Source: Candidatus Omnitrophota bacterium (GTDB lineage: Bacteria; Omnitrophota; Gorgyraeia; Aquiviventales; Aquiviventaceae). From it: DNA of 64,000 nt. A program made the position numbers and the translations under genes. Where the stretch lies: assembly GCA_016206685.1 (NCBI GenBank), contig JACQRB010000014.1:9152-73151 (forward strand). The letters run 5' to 3'. Below, piece by piece: positions 17,976 to 27,001 of the stretch; positions within the stretch are counted from its first letter, which is position 1; each line of letters opens with the position of its first letter. A model generated the notes under the pieces. That model was not told where the DNA came from and made no database searches. It saw only the letters and a list, made by a program, of their open reading frames with translations.

Positions 17976-18278
17976 ATGTTCGTGTTTGGGAATTTCCTGA
18001 GCGCGGCGGCGGCCATTCTCGATCAGATCCTGTGGTTGTATAACCTCGTGGTGTTCGTGGCGGTGGTGCTCTCCTGGGTGAGCGCGGATCCGTTCAACCC
18101 GATTGTCCGGGCGCTGCGGTCCGTCACCGAACCGGTGTTCGCCTGGGTTCGGGCTCGTCTGCCATTCGCCATGCTGGGGATGCTCGATCTCTCCCCGATG
18201 ATCGTGCTCTTTGCGATCTGGTTTGCCCGGTTGTTTCTGGTGCGCTCCCTCCTGGATCTGGCGCAGCGCCTGCACTAG
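17976..18278 (+). CDS. yggT: YggT/YlmG family membrane protein
   Basis: About 100 aa with 2-3 TM segments, a ...SWV..DPFNPIVRALRSVTEP block, and the conserved yggS-proC-yggT order. Confidence 0.75.
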   Translation: MFVFGNFLSAAAAILDQILWLYNLVVFVAVVLSWVSADPFNPIVRALRSVTEPVFAWVRARLPFAMLGMLDLSPMIVLFAIWFARLFLVRSLLDLAQRLH

Positions 18279-18286
18279 CAGACGAC

Positions 18287-19111
18287 ATGGCCGCCTCAGT
18301 CACCCAACAGCTTCACGACACGCTCAAGGCGATTGGGCGGCAGGTGCGCAGCGCCCCGACGATCGGCATCATCCTGGGCACGGGCCTGACCAAGCTGCTG
18401 GGCGAGGTCGAGCAGACGGCCGCCATTGCGTATGCGTCGCTGCCGCATATGCCCGCCTCGACCGCCCCCGGCCACCACGGCCGCCTGGTGTTCGGCACCG
18501 TGGCGGGCAAGACCGTCGTGATCATGGACGGACGCTTTCATCTCTATGAGGGCTACAGCGCCCAGGACATCGCGTATCCGGTGCGCCTGATGAAGGCCCT
18601 GGGCGTCAAGACGCTGCTGGTGTCGAACGTCGCCGGCGGGCTCAACCCGGCGTTCCACATCGGCGATCTCATGCTGATTGACGACCACATCAACCTCTTG
18701 GGCACCAGCCCCCTCATCGGGCCCAACGCCGATGAGCTGGGGCCGCGCTTTCCCGACATGAGCCGGCCCTACGACGCGCAGTTGTTGACGCTGGCCCAGC
18801 AGGTCGCCGGCGCCGAGCGGTTGCCGGTTCGTCGAGGGGTGTACGTCGCCATGCCCGGGCCGCAGCTGGAGACCAAGGCCGAGTACCGCTGGCTGCGCGC
18901 GGCCGGCGCGGATGCCGTGGGGATGTCCACGGTGCCGGAGGTCATCGCCGCGGTGCACGCGGGCCTGCGCGTGATGGCGGTCAGCCTCATCTCGGATCTG
19001 TGCATCCCGGAGACGCTCAAACCCGTCGCCATCGAGGAGATCCTCGCCGTGGCGGACCGGGCGGAGCCGTTGCTGACGAAACTGTTCGTGGGAGTCATCA
19101 CGCAGCTCTAA
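18287..19111 (+). CDS. punA: Purine nucleoside phosphorylase (trimeric PNP/PunA family)
   Basis: Contains [30 protein letters not shown] and GMSTVPEVI. Confidence 0.8.
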   Translation: MAASVTQQLHDTLKAIGRQVRSAPTIGIILGTGLTKLLGEVEQTAAIAYASLPHMPASTAPGHHGRLVFGTVAGKTVVIMDGRFHLYEGYSAQDIAYPVRLMKALGVKTLLVSNVAGGLNPAFHIGDLMLIDDHINLLGTSPLIGPNADELGPRFPDMSRPYDAQLLTLAQQVAGAERLPVRRGVYVAMPGPQLETKAEYRWLRAAGADAVGMSTVPEVIAAVHAGLRVMAVSLISDLCIPETLKPVAIEEILAVADRAEPLLTKLFVGVITQL

Positions 19112-21919
19112 TGGAGTATAAATCCACGCTCAATCTGCCCAAGACCGGCTTCGCGATGAAAGCGGACTTGCCTGCGCGCGAGCCGCAGATCCTCGCGCGC
19201 TGGGAGGAGCTGGGGTTGTATGAACAGATCCAGCAAACGAGGAAGGGGAGACCAGCGTTTGTCCTGCACGACGGGCCGCCCTATGCCAACGGCGACATCC
19301 ACATCGGCCATGCCCTGAACAAAATCCTCAAGGACCTCATCGTGCGCTACAAGACGATGCGCGGGTTCGCCGCGCCCTACGTGCCGGGCTGGGACTGCCA
19401 CGGCATGCCGATCGAGCATCAGCTCTTCAAGGAGCTGATGCTCACCAAGCCGCAGATCAATCAGGCGAGCTTCCGCGAGAAAGCCCGCGCCTACGCGCAG
19501 AAGTACGTAGACATCCAGCGGGAGCAGTTCAAGCGGCTGGGCGTGTCGGGCGACTGGGGGAAACCGTATCTGACAATGTCCAAAGACTACGAGCTGACCA
19601 TCCTCCGGGTGTTCAAGGAACTGGTCGCCGCCGGCTACATCTAGAGGGAAGAAGCCGGTCTACTGGTGCGCCACCTGCGAGACTGCCCTGGCGGAGGCCG
19701 AGGTCGAGTACGAAGATCGGGCCGACACCTCGATCTATGTCGCGTTTCCCGTGACCAAACCGCCTCGACAACTTCCTGAGACGTTATTGGCGGCTTTTCA
19801 GCATCGGACCCAGACACCCTTGGCCGTGGCGGTGTGGACCACCACTCCCTGGACGCTGCCTGCCAATGTAGCCTTATGCTTTCATCCGACGGCCAAGTAC
19901 GTGGTGCTGCATCAACAAGGGTGGGCGTATAACCTGATCGTTGCCGAAGCCTTGGCGTCGGCATTGGCGGCACGGCTCAAGGCCACCAGTCCTCTGAACA
20001 CGGGATGGGGCACGGGACAGGATTTCGCAGGGATACAATGCGGCAATCCATTGACCGGCCGTCCATCTATGGCCGTGACCGACGAGAGTGTGTCGATGAG
20101 CGAAGGCACCGGCGTTGTGCACATCGCACCGGGGCATGGGCAGGAAGACTATACGGTCGGGCAACGATACAAGTTGGAGGTCTTCTCACCGGTGGATCAT
20201 CAGGGGAAATTTACCCAGGATGTCCCCCCATTCGCCGGCCAGTCGGTATTTGAGGCCAACCCGAAGATAATCGCCGACCTGGCGCAGCGCGGCCTCTTAT
20301 TAAAGGAAGAGCCGATCACCCACTCCTACCCGCATTGCTGGCGGTGCAAGCAGCCGGTGATTTTCCGCGCGACCCCGCAGTGGTTTTTGCGCATCGAGGA
20401 CGCCTTCCGCAGCAAGCTGCTCGAGTGCGCCAGGCAGGTCCGCTGGTTTCCGGACGCGGGCCTGGGCCGCATGTCCGGGATGCTCCAGAGCCGCCCGGAC
20501 TGGTGCCTCTCGCGCCAGCGCTACTGGGGAAGCCCCATCCCGGTGTTTCACTGCACGCGCTGCGAGCAGCCACTCTTGGATCCTCGCCTCATCGAGCAGA
20601 CCATCGAAGCGCTTGCGCAGCGCGGCATTGAGGCGTGGTTCCGCGCCTCGCCAGAGGAGTTGGTTCCGGGAGCGGCGTGTCCATGCGGCAGCCGCGAGCT
20701 GACGAAAGACCCGGACATCCTCGACGTGTGGTTTGATTCCGGCGTGAGCCACGAGGCCGTGCTGAAGGCGCGCCGGGAATTGACCTGGCCGGCCCAGCTC
20801 TACCTCGAGGGCTCCGACCAGCACCGCGGCTGGTTTCAGGTCTCGCTCATCCCATCGGTGGCGCTGCACGCTCGCGCGCCCTACGAGCAGGTGCTCACGC
20901 ATGGCTTCGTCGTTGACGGCGAGGGGCGCAAGATGTCCAAGAGCCTGGGCAACGTCATCGCCCCGCAGGAAGTCATCCAGCGCTATGGGGCGGATATCCT
21001 GCGCTTGTGGGTGGCCTCCTCCGATTACCGCGAGGACGTGCGCCTCTCGGAGGCGATCTTGGAGCAGGTGATCGAAGCCTACCGCAAGATCCGCAACACG
21101 TTTCGTTATCTGTTGGCGAACCTCTACGATTTCCAGCCCGCGCACCGGCAGCCCTATGAGCGGTTGCCTGAGCTGGATCGGTGGGCCCTCCAGCGCGCGC
21201 AGCGCCTCCTCGATGAGGTGACCCAGGCCTACGACGCCTACCAGTTCCATCAGGCCTTCCGCGCCATCTATCAATTTTGCGTCCTGGAGCTGTCGGCCTT
21301 CTACCTGGATGCGCTGAAGGACCGCCTCTACACGGAAGCGGCCCAGTCCGAAAAGAGACGCTGTGCGCAAACGAGCCTCTGTGCTATACTATCCGGCCTT
21401 GTGAGGATGCTCGCGCCCGTGCTGGCCATGACCGTGGAGGAGATCTGGCAGGCCATGCGCGCCTTGCACCTGATTGAAGAGCCGTCGGTGCACTTGGCGC
21501 AGTGGCCGCAGCCGCTGGTGCCGGCGAGCGATGAGCCATTGGAGCAGCGGTGGAACACGGTGCTGGCGGTGCGCGAGGTCGTGATGAAAGCGCTTGAAGA
21601 CAAGCGGATGGCGAACGTGATCGGCAGCTCCTTGGAGGCCCGCGTGACGTTGATAGTGACGGATCCGACGCTGCAGCGCCTGTTGCAGGAGTCTCGCCAG
21701 ACGCTCGCCGAGGCGTTCATCGTGTCAGACCTTGAGGTCGCTGGTAGCGCCGGGCCTGCAGGCGGGACGTCGCTGGCGGGGCTGGCAGGCGTGACCGTCG
21801 AGCGCGCCGCCGGGGCCAAGTGCCAGCGCTGTTGGAAGTACCTGCTCACGGTCGGCGAGGATCCCGCGCATCCGGCGCTCTGCGGCCGGTGCGCAACTGT
21901 GGTGAACGCCCTCGCATGA
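19111..21919 (+). CDS. ileS: Isoleucyl-tRNA synthetase, interrupted by a frameshift near 19640
   Basis: The N-terminal part 19111-19644 ([13 protein letters not shown] = HIGH motif) ends ...AAGYI-TAG. The IleRS continuation [23 protein letters not shown] is in the +1 frame from 19643 and runs to 21919 (KMSKS present, C-terminal Zn-ribbon CQRCW...CGRC). Confidence 0.85.
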
Positions 21920-22293
21920 GTTTGAGCAAACAACAGATCAAGCAATTCAAACAGTTGCTCCTGCAGGAGCGGGCGAAGTTTGCCGGGGAAATTCGCACCC
22001 TCGCCCAGGAGGCCTCCAAGAACCCGCGCGAGGCCTCGGGGGATCTCTCCTCCTATCCGGTCCACATGGCCGATATGTCGGCCGACACCTCCGAGCGGGA
22101 GCTGGTCAGCAACCTCGCCTCCAACGAGCAAGCGGTCCTCTATCAGATCGAAGACGCGCTCAAGCGCATCGACGAGGGCACCTACGGCGTCTGCCAACAG
22201 TGCCAGAAGCCCATAGCCTTAAGCCGCCTTCGCGCCGTGTCGTACACCTCGTTGTGCATCGGCTGCCAGCGCACCAAAGAACAAAAAAAGTAA
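21916..22293 (+). CDS. DksA/TraR-family C4 zinc-finger protein
   Basis: A coiled-coil N-terminal part is followed by GTYGVCQQCQKPI...SLCIGCQ, a C4 zinc finger. ATG 21916 overlaps the ileS stop. Confidence 0.8.
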   Translation: MSLSKQQIKQFKQLLLQERAKFAGEIRTLAQEASKNPREASGDLSSYPVHMADMSADTSERELVSNLASNEQAVLYQIEDALKRIDEGTYGVCQQCQKPIALSRLRAVSYTSLCIGCQRTKEQKK

Positions 22294-22352
22294 CCGCTAG
22301 ACCTTGTCCCATTAGCCCCGAGCCCAGAACCCCGAACCAACAGCGGTTTTCA

Positions 22353-22808
22353 GTGCGGCGCTGGCCGTGGCTGGTGGTGGCGCTGACGCTCGCCGGCGAT
22401 CAAGCCACCAAACTCCTCGTCTGCGCCTCGCTGGATCCGGCGGACAGCCTGCCGCTGATTCCCTCCGTCTTGCATCTGACGTACGTGCAGAACACCGGCG
22501 TGGCCTTCGGATTGTGGCGCGGCTACTCCAACGTGGTCGTGCTGGGGTCCGTGGTCATCGCCGCCTGGGTCCTCATGGAGCTCTTGCAGCGGCGCGACCG
22601 CCGCTGGCCCGTTCCGCTGGGGCTATCGCTGATTCTGGGCGGGGCGCTGGGCAACCTGATTGACCGGGTGCGCGTCGGCTATGTCATCGATTTTCTGGAC
22701 GTGCGCGTCTGGCCGGTCTTCAACGTGGCGGACTCCGCCATCAGCGTCGGGGTGGGGCTGCTGCTCTGGTCGACACTGAGGCGGAGACGCGTCTACGATG
22801 TATCCTGA
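22353..22808 (+). CDS. lspA: Lipoprotein signal peptidase II
   Basis: DQATKLLV, YVQNTGVAFG, GGALGNLIDR and FNVADSAI are LspA catalytic-Asp blocks. The start is GTG 22353. Confidence 0.85.
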   Translation: MRRWPWLVVALTLAGDQATKLLVCASLDPADSLPLIPSVLHLTYVQNTGVAFGLWRGYSNVVVLGSVVIAAWVLMELLQRRDRRWPVPLGLSLILGGALGNLIDRVRVGYVIDFLDVRVWPVFNVADSAISVGVGLLLWSTLRRRRVYDVS

Positions 22809-23577
22809 GCTGTGTCGCCTGGGTCCGTTCGCGATTCATACCTACGGCGTGGCGCTGGCGGCGGCGTTTCTGCTGACGCTCATCCTGGCGCGGCAGGCCC
22901 TCCGTCAGGACCTCAAGGGCCTGGTTCCGATGGATGAGCCGGCGCTGGCCGACTGGGCCGTGTGGGCGATGGGCGGCGGGATCCTCGGCGGGCGGGCCTT
23001 CTATGTGGCGTTGAACTGGGGCGTCTACGCGGCGCATCCGCTTGAGATCGTCGCGCTGTGGCACGGAGGCCTGGTCTGGTACGGCGGTCTTGCAGGAGGC
23101 GTCCTCGCCACCTGGGCATACCTGGCGCGGCGGGGCCTGGGATTCCGGCGGGGGATGGATCAGGTGATTCCGTTTGTCGTGCTGGGCCATGCCCTGGGGC
23201 GCCTGGGATGTTTTGCCAATGGCTGCTGCGCGGGCATCCCCACGCGCGCTTGGTGGGGGGTGCAGTTTCCCGGCACCGTTGAGCGCGTGGTGCCGACCCA
23301 GGTGTTGGAATCCGCGAGCTTGGTCGTGCTCTACCTCGTCCTGCGAGTCTTGCAGCGTCCGGCGATCTTGCGCGCTCCCGGGAGGCTGTTTGGGATGTAT
23401 CTGCTTGGCTATGGTCTCATCCGCTGGACAGTGGAGTTCTGGCGGGCGAACGAACGTCTGTGGGGCGGGTGGACGATCTATCAGGGTCTGAGCCTTGCCG
23501 TGATGATCGTGGGGGCCACGCTTATGAGGCGACGGACCACGCATGGCGCAAACCTATCAGTTTGTCGTGGGGCCTGA
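22798..23577 (+). CDS. lgt: Prolipoprotein diacylglyceryl transferase
   Basis: Contains IHTYGVALA, GGRAFYV, WHGGLVWYGGLAGG, GRLGCFANGCC and PTQVLES. Confidence 0.9.
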   Translation: MYPELCRLGPFAIHTYGVALAAAFLLTLILARQALRQDLKGLVPMDEPALADWAVWAMGGGILGGRAFYVALNWGVYAAHPLEIVALWHGGLVWYGGLAGGVLATWAYLARRGLGFRRGMDQVIPFVVLGHALGRLGCFANGCCAGIPTRAWWGVQFPGTVERVVPTQVLESASLVVLYLVLRVLQRPAILRAPGRLFGMYLLGYGLIRWTVEFWRANERLWGGWTIYQGLSLAVMIVGATLMRRRTTHGANLSVCRGA

Positions 23578-24577
23578 CGAAGCCCGTCTGCGGATCGATC
23601 GCTATCTGCTGCGGCATCTGCCTCAGGGCTTCTCCAGAACGATCATCCAACGCGCCATTCGCGGGGGCGCGATCACCATCGCCGGCCGCGCGCTCAAGGC
23701 GCATCGCCGGCTGCGAGCCGGCGAGACCGTCGTGGCACGCGTGGCCGGCCCGAGCGCCGGTCCCGATCCCCAGACGGTCGTGCCTGAGCCCATGGCGCTT
23801 GCCGTCGTGTATGAAGATGCGCACGTGCTGGTGGTGAATAAGCCCCCACGCCTCGTGACGCACCCGGCACCGGGCCATCCCTCCGGGACGCTGGTCAACG
23901 CCATCGCCTGGCACCTCTCTCAACATGCGGAATGCGGAACGCGGAATGCGGAACGAAGTGCGTCCACTCCGCACTCCGCACGCCGCACTCCGCACCTACC
24001 CAGGGCGGGAATCGTGCATCGGCTCGATCAGGATACCTCCGGGCTGTTGGTCGTCGCCAAAACGGCGCTGGCGCTGCGCGAGCTGGCCAAGCAGTTGAAA
24101 GCCCGCACCATGAGCCGCCGATACCTGGCGCTTGTCGAAGGGCATGTCCCTGTTGACGAGGGGACGATCAATGTCGGCGTGGGGCGTCACTTGACGCACC
24201 GGAAGGAGATGGCGGTCCGCTACCTCGGCGGCCGTGAAGCGGTCACGCATTATCGCGTGTTGAAACGCTTCAGTCTCTCGCTTGCCTACACGCTGCTCGA
24301 GCTGCGGCTGGAGACGGGGCGGACGCATCAAATCCGGGTACACCTGGCCCACCTTGGGTATCCCGTCCTGGGTGATGCGCTCTACAGCCGCCGTTCAGCC
24401 GGCTCCTGGAACGCGCTCGGCATCGCGCGGCAACTCCTGCATGCCTATGCCGTGCGGTTCATGCATCCGGCGACGCATCAACCACTCGAGCTGAGCGTCG
24501 GCCTCCCGGTGGATATGCAACACTGGCTTGATGGTTTTGATGCGCGGGCAGCGGTGGCCGTGAAAAGGAGGAGGTAG
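23543..24577 (+). CDS. rluD: 23S rRNA pseudouridine synthase RluD family, carrying an in-frame repeat insertion
   Basis: An S4 domain N-terminus is followed by VVNKPPRLVTHP, GIVHRLDQDTSGLLVVAK and TGRTHQIRVHLAHLGYPVLGD. The heptamer module at 23925-23997 encodes about 25 extra aa just before the catalytic HRLD block. Confidence 0.9.
   Translation: MAQTYQFVVGPDEARLRIDRYLLRHLPQGFSRTIIQRAIRGGAITIAGRALKAHRRLRAGETVVARVAGPSAGPDPQTVVPEPMALAVVYEDAHVLVVNKPPRLVTHPAPGHPSGTLVNAIAWHLSQHAECGTRNAERSASTPHSARRTPHLPRAGIVHRLDQDTSGLLVVAKTALALRELAKQLKARTMSRRYLALVEGHVPVDEGTINVGVGRHLTHRKEMAVRYLGGREAVTHYRVLKRFSLSLAYTLLELRLETGRTHQIRVHLAHLGYPVLGDALYSRRSAGSWNALGIARQLLHAYAVRFMHPATHQPLELSVGLPVDMQHWLDGFDARAAVAVKRRR
23925..23997. 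repeat. Heptamer tandem-repeat hairpin module inside rluD
   Basis: atgcgga atgcgga acgcgga atgcgga, a 13-nt spacer, then actccgc actccgc acgccgc actccgc. The total length keeps the rluD frame and introduces no stop. Confidence 0.9.
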
Positions 24578-24581
24578 GAAC

Positions 24582-25022
24582 ATGCAGCGGCAAGGCTGGT
24601 GGCTGGTGGGAGCGGTGGTGGGCGGCGGTCTGTTAATGGTGGGGCTTCGCGCGCAGGAGCGCCAGGCCGGTCGTCCGCCCGCGTCGAAGGCTGCAGACGG
24701 TTCGGCGCAAGCGGTCGTCTTCACCTTTGCGGATGAGGCTGGAGTCCAGGCCTTCGCCAACGTCTGGCGCCAGCGGGAGCAGGTGTTAGCGAGGTTGGCG
24801 ACGCTCCAGGAGTACTGGGCTCGCGAGCAGCAGGAGCTCGCCGGACTCACCCAACGTCTGGCTGCGGAGTATCATGTGGATGTGGCCAAATCCTACGCCT
24901 TGGATCCGCAGCGCAAGGTGCTCATCGAACAGTCGCCTTCTTCCCCCCCGGCCCCTGTGCTACCCCAACCGACCGAACCCCCTCCTGTAATGAACGGAAG
25001 AACGGAAGAACTAAAGAACTGA
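24582..25022 (+). CDS. Hypothetical exported protein (N-terminal TM/signal, coiled coil, Pro-rich tail)
   Basis: The ORF has an N-terminal hydrophobic segment (WWLVGAVVGGGLLMVGL). I recognise no family. Its last codons lie in the octamer repeat. Confidence 0.5.
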   Translation: MQRQGWWLVGAVVGGGLLMVGLRAQERQAGRPPASKAADGSAQAVVFTFADEAGVQAFANVWRQREQVLARLATLQEYWAREQQELAGLTQRLAAEYHVDVAKSYALDPQRKVLIEQSPSSPPAPVLPQPTEPPPVMNGRTEELKN

Positions 25023-25061
25023 AGAAGCGTTCTTCAGTTCTTAGGTTCCTTGGTTCTTCAG
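24992..25061 (+). terminator. Octamer tandem-repeat hairpin; likely transcription terminator or RNA-stability element
   Basis: (gaacggaa)x2 gaactaaa gaactgaa, spacer gaagcg, then ttcttcag ttcttagg ttccttgg ttcttcag. This is a long imperfect inverted repeat spanning the stop codon at 25020-25022. No clear U-tract follows. Confidence 0.5.
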
Positions 25062-25216
25062 TCAGTCAAGAGCGTACAGTTTCTCTTGACCAGGCAAGCA
25101 GAATATGATATACGTACCGGTTTACCTTGAAGTCAACAGGAACGCGCGACAGAACCCTTCGGATCGCTAAAGGAGCGATGGAGGAGGGGCGTCGCTGCCC
25201 GGACGGCGGATGCGAT

Positions 25217-25290
25217 GGCCCCATCGTCTAGCCCGGCTTAGGACGCTTGGTTCTCAGCCAAGAAACACCGGTTCAAATCCGGTTGGGGCT
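25217..25290 (+). tRNA. tRNA-Glu (anticodon CUC)
   Basis: I folded the cloverleaf manually. Acceptor GGCCCCA/TGGGGCT (G1-U72 wobble), D arm GTCT..GGAC, anticodon stem CTTGG/CCAAG with loop TTCTCAG, T arm ACCGG-TTCAAAT-CCGGT. CCA is not encoded. The 5' half resembles bacterial tRNA-Glu. Confidence 0.9.
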
Positions 25291-25370
25291 GTTATCTCAT
25301 GGTGGGGTTCTCCGCCCACCTGGAAAGTGCTCGGGGCGGATCAGCCCCCAGCAAGAACAGGTGGGCTGAA

Positions 25371-25387
25371 AATCCGGTTGGGGCTGC
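25371..25387 (+). repeat. Direct repeat of the tRNA-Glu 3' end (aaatccggttggggctg)
   Basis: This 17-nt sequence is identical to 25275-25291. The roughly 80-nt interval contains the inverted repeat gcccacctg/caggtgggc. Confidence 0.7.
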
Positions 25388-25416
25388 TCTCGTCAGGTCA
25401 CAAACAGGAGGGGGGC

Positions 25417-25683
25417 ATGGCGCAATCGTACAAGTTCCTGCGCGCAAGCACCGTGGTGTTTAAGGTGTTGGCGTGGGTGTCGTTGGTGCTGCAAGTCGTG
25501 ACCGGGGTCATCCTCTTGGTCGTCGGGGGCGAGCCGGTTGCGATCGGCGGGATCGGCGTGCCAGCGCGGGTGGTGGGCGTGTTGAATTTCGTCGTGGCCG
25601 GCATGTATTTCTTTTCATTGTGGTTGATGGCCAATCTGATCCGGCTGTGGCTCGACATCCGTGACCGTCTCCCCGGATCATAA
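25417..25683 (+). CDS. Small integral membrane protein (about 88 aa, 2-3 TM), first gene of the pilus locus
   Basis: A strong SD (aggagggggg) precedes ATG 25417 and the protein is hydrophobic (VLAWVSLVLQVVTGVILLVVGG...VVAGMYFFSLWLMANLI). The track ORF start at 25210 overlaps the tRNA and is rejected. Confidence 0.55.
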   Translation: MAQSYKFLRASTVVFKVLAWVSLVLQVVTGVILLVVGGEPVAIGGIGVPARVVGVLNFVVAGMYFFSLWLMANLIRLWLDIRDRLPGS

Positions 25684-25698
25684 CGAGCCGTCAGCCGT

Positions 25699-26997
25699 AT
25701 GGAGGCGCGGCTGCGTACCACGGAGCAGGTGACGGGGCGGCTGCGGGGTCGTCTGGTGGAGCTCTTGAATGGGATGCCGGATGACCGGCGGGCGCACGTC
25801 AGTTCCCAGGTCCTCAAAGAGCGGCTGCGGCAGGAGCTGCGGGCGATGCCCGTTGACGACTACCGGGTGCTGCAGGTCTCGCGCCAGGGCGAGGAAGACC
25901 GCTTTCTCCAGAAGATCATTGATGAAACCCTGGGCTTGAGCCCGTTGGACCGGCTGCTGGTGGACCCGACCATCAGCGAGATTATGGTCAACGGACCGCA
26001 TGAGGTCTTCGTGGAGCGGGGAGGCCGGCTGCAGCGTCTTGCCAATGTCCAGTTCCGTGACACCCCGCATCTGATGGCCGTCATCGAGCGGCTCCTCAAC
26101 TCGCAGGGGCTGTCGGTGAACGAGTCCAATCAGGTGTGCGATGCCAGCCTCCCGGACGGCTCCCGCATCAACGTCATCATCCCGCCGCTGACCCTGAACG
26201 GACCCGTGGTCACCATCCGTCGCAAGCTGCGCGAATGGACCATGGAGGAGTACGTGGCGACGCTGGCGCTCAATCAGCAAGCCGCCGAGTTCCTCCAAGC
26301 CTGCGTGCGCGCCCGGGTGAACTGCATCGTCTCGGGCGGGACCTCCAGCGGCAAGACCACCCTCGTCAGCATCCTCTCGGCATTCATCCCGCCGCACGAG
26401 CGCGTGATCACCATCGAGAACGTCGCGGAGTTGACCTTGGTGAACCGCCAGCATTGGATCCGCTTGGTCTCCAAAGCCCCCAATCTCGAAGGACGCGGCG
26501 AGATCCCCCTGCGGACGTTGGTCCGCAATGCCCTGCGGATGCGCCCGGACCGCATCATCCTCGGCGAAGCGCGGGGGGGAGAGGCCCTGGATGTGGTGCA
26601 AGCCATGCATACCGGACATGAGGGCGTCATCACCGTCCTGCACGCCAACTCCCCGCAAGCCGCCCTGGAGCGGCTGGAGACCCTGATGTTGATGAGCGGA
26701 TTGGAGCTGCCGCCGCAGGCCTGCCGGATGCAGGTGACGAGCGTGGTGGACCTGGTGATCCATCTGGCGCGCTTTGCGGACGGGAGCCGCCGGATCGCGA
26801 CCATCACCCAGGTGCTCGGTGGCTCGCAGGAGGGCTTTCAATTGGAGGATCTCTGTGTCTTTGAGGTGGAAGGGTTCTCAGCGGATGGACGGATGCGCGG
26901 GGCCCTGCGCTATACGGGAGCGCGTCCAAAATTTCTGCAGAAGTTTCAGTTGAACAACGTCCCGTTGCCGGGATGGATGACACGACAGGAGGGGTGA
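25699..26997 (+). CDS. cpaF: CpaF/TadA-type secretion ATPase (paralog 1)
   Basis: Contains ISEIMVNGPHEVFVERGG, Walker A SGGTSSGKTTLVSIL, IITIENVAEL, RMRPDRIILGEARGGEALDVVQAMHTGHEG and TVLHANSP. Confidence 0.9.
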   Translation: MEARLRTTEQVTGRLRGRLVELLNGMPDDRRAHVSSQVLKERLRQELRAMPVDDYRVLQVSRQGEEDRFLQKIIDETLGLSPLDRLLVDPTISEIMVNGPHEVFVERGGRLQRLANVQFRDTPHLMAVIERLLNSQGLSVNESNQVCDASLPDGSRINVIIPPLTLNGPVVTIRRKLREWTMEEYVATLALNQQAAEFLQACVRARVNCIVSGGTSSGKTTLVSILSAFIPPHERVITIENVAELTLVNRQHWIRLVSKAPNLEGRGEIPLRTLVRNALRMRPDRIILGEARGGEALDVVQAMHTGHEGVITVLHANSPQAALERLETLMLMSGLELPPQACRMQVTSVVDLVIHLARFADGSRRIATITQVLGGSQEGFQLEDLCVFEVEGFSADGRMRGALRYTGARPKFLQKFQLNNVPLPGWMTRQEG

Positions 26998-27001
26998 CAC
27001 G

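Noticed and set aside
19000-21919. Treating 19000-19644 and 19751-21919 as two separate genes.
   Set aside because: Both halves are contiguous parts of a single class I IleRS, with HIGH in the first and KMSKS and the Zn ribbon in the second. The conserved sequence continues in the +1 frame right at the apparent stop, so this is a frameshift, not two genes.
25084-25216. Possible promoter (TTGACC-17-TATACG) and a 17-codon mini-ORF upstream of tRNA-Glu.
   Set aside because: The -10 match is weak, and the mini-ORF overlaps the tRNA 5' end with no supporting features. The evidence is too speculative to report as a feature.
25210-25416. N-terminal extension of the 25210-25683 ORF.
   Set aside because: It overlaps the tRNA-Glu gene and its duplicated 3' end. 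ATG 25417, preceded by a strong SD, is the plausible start.
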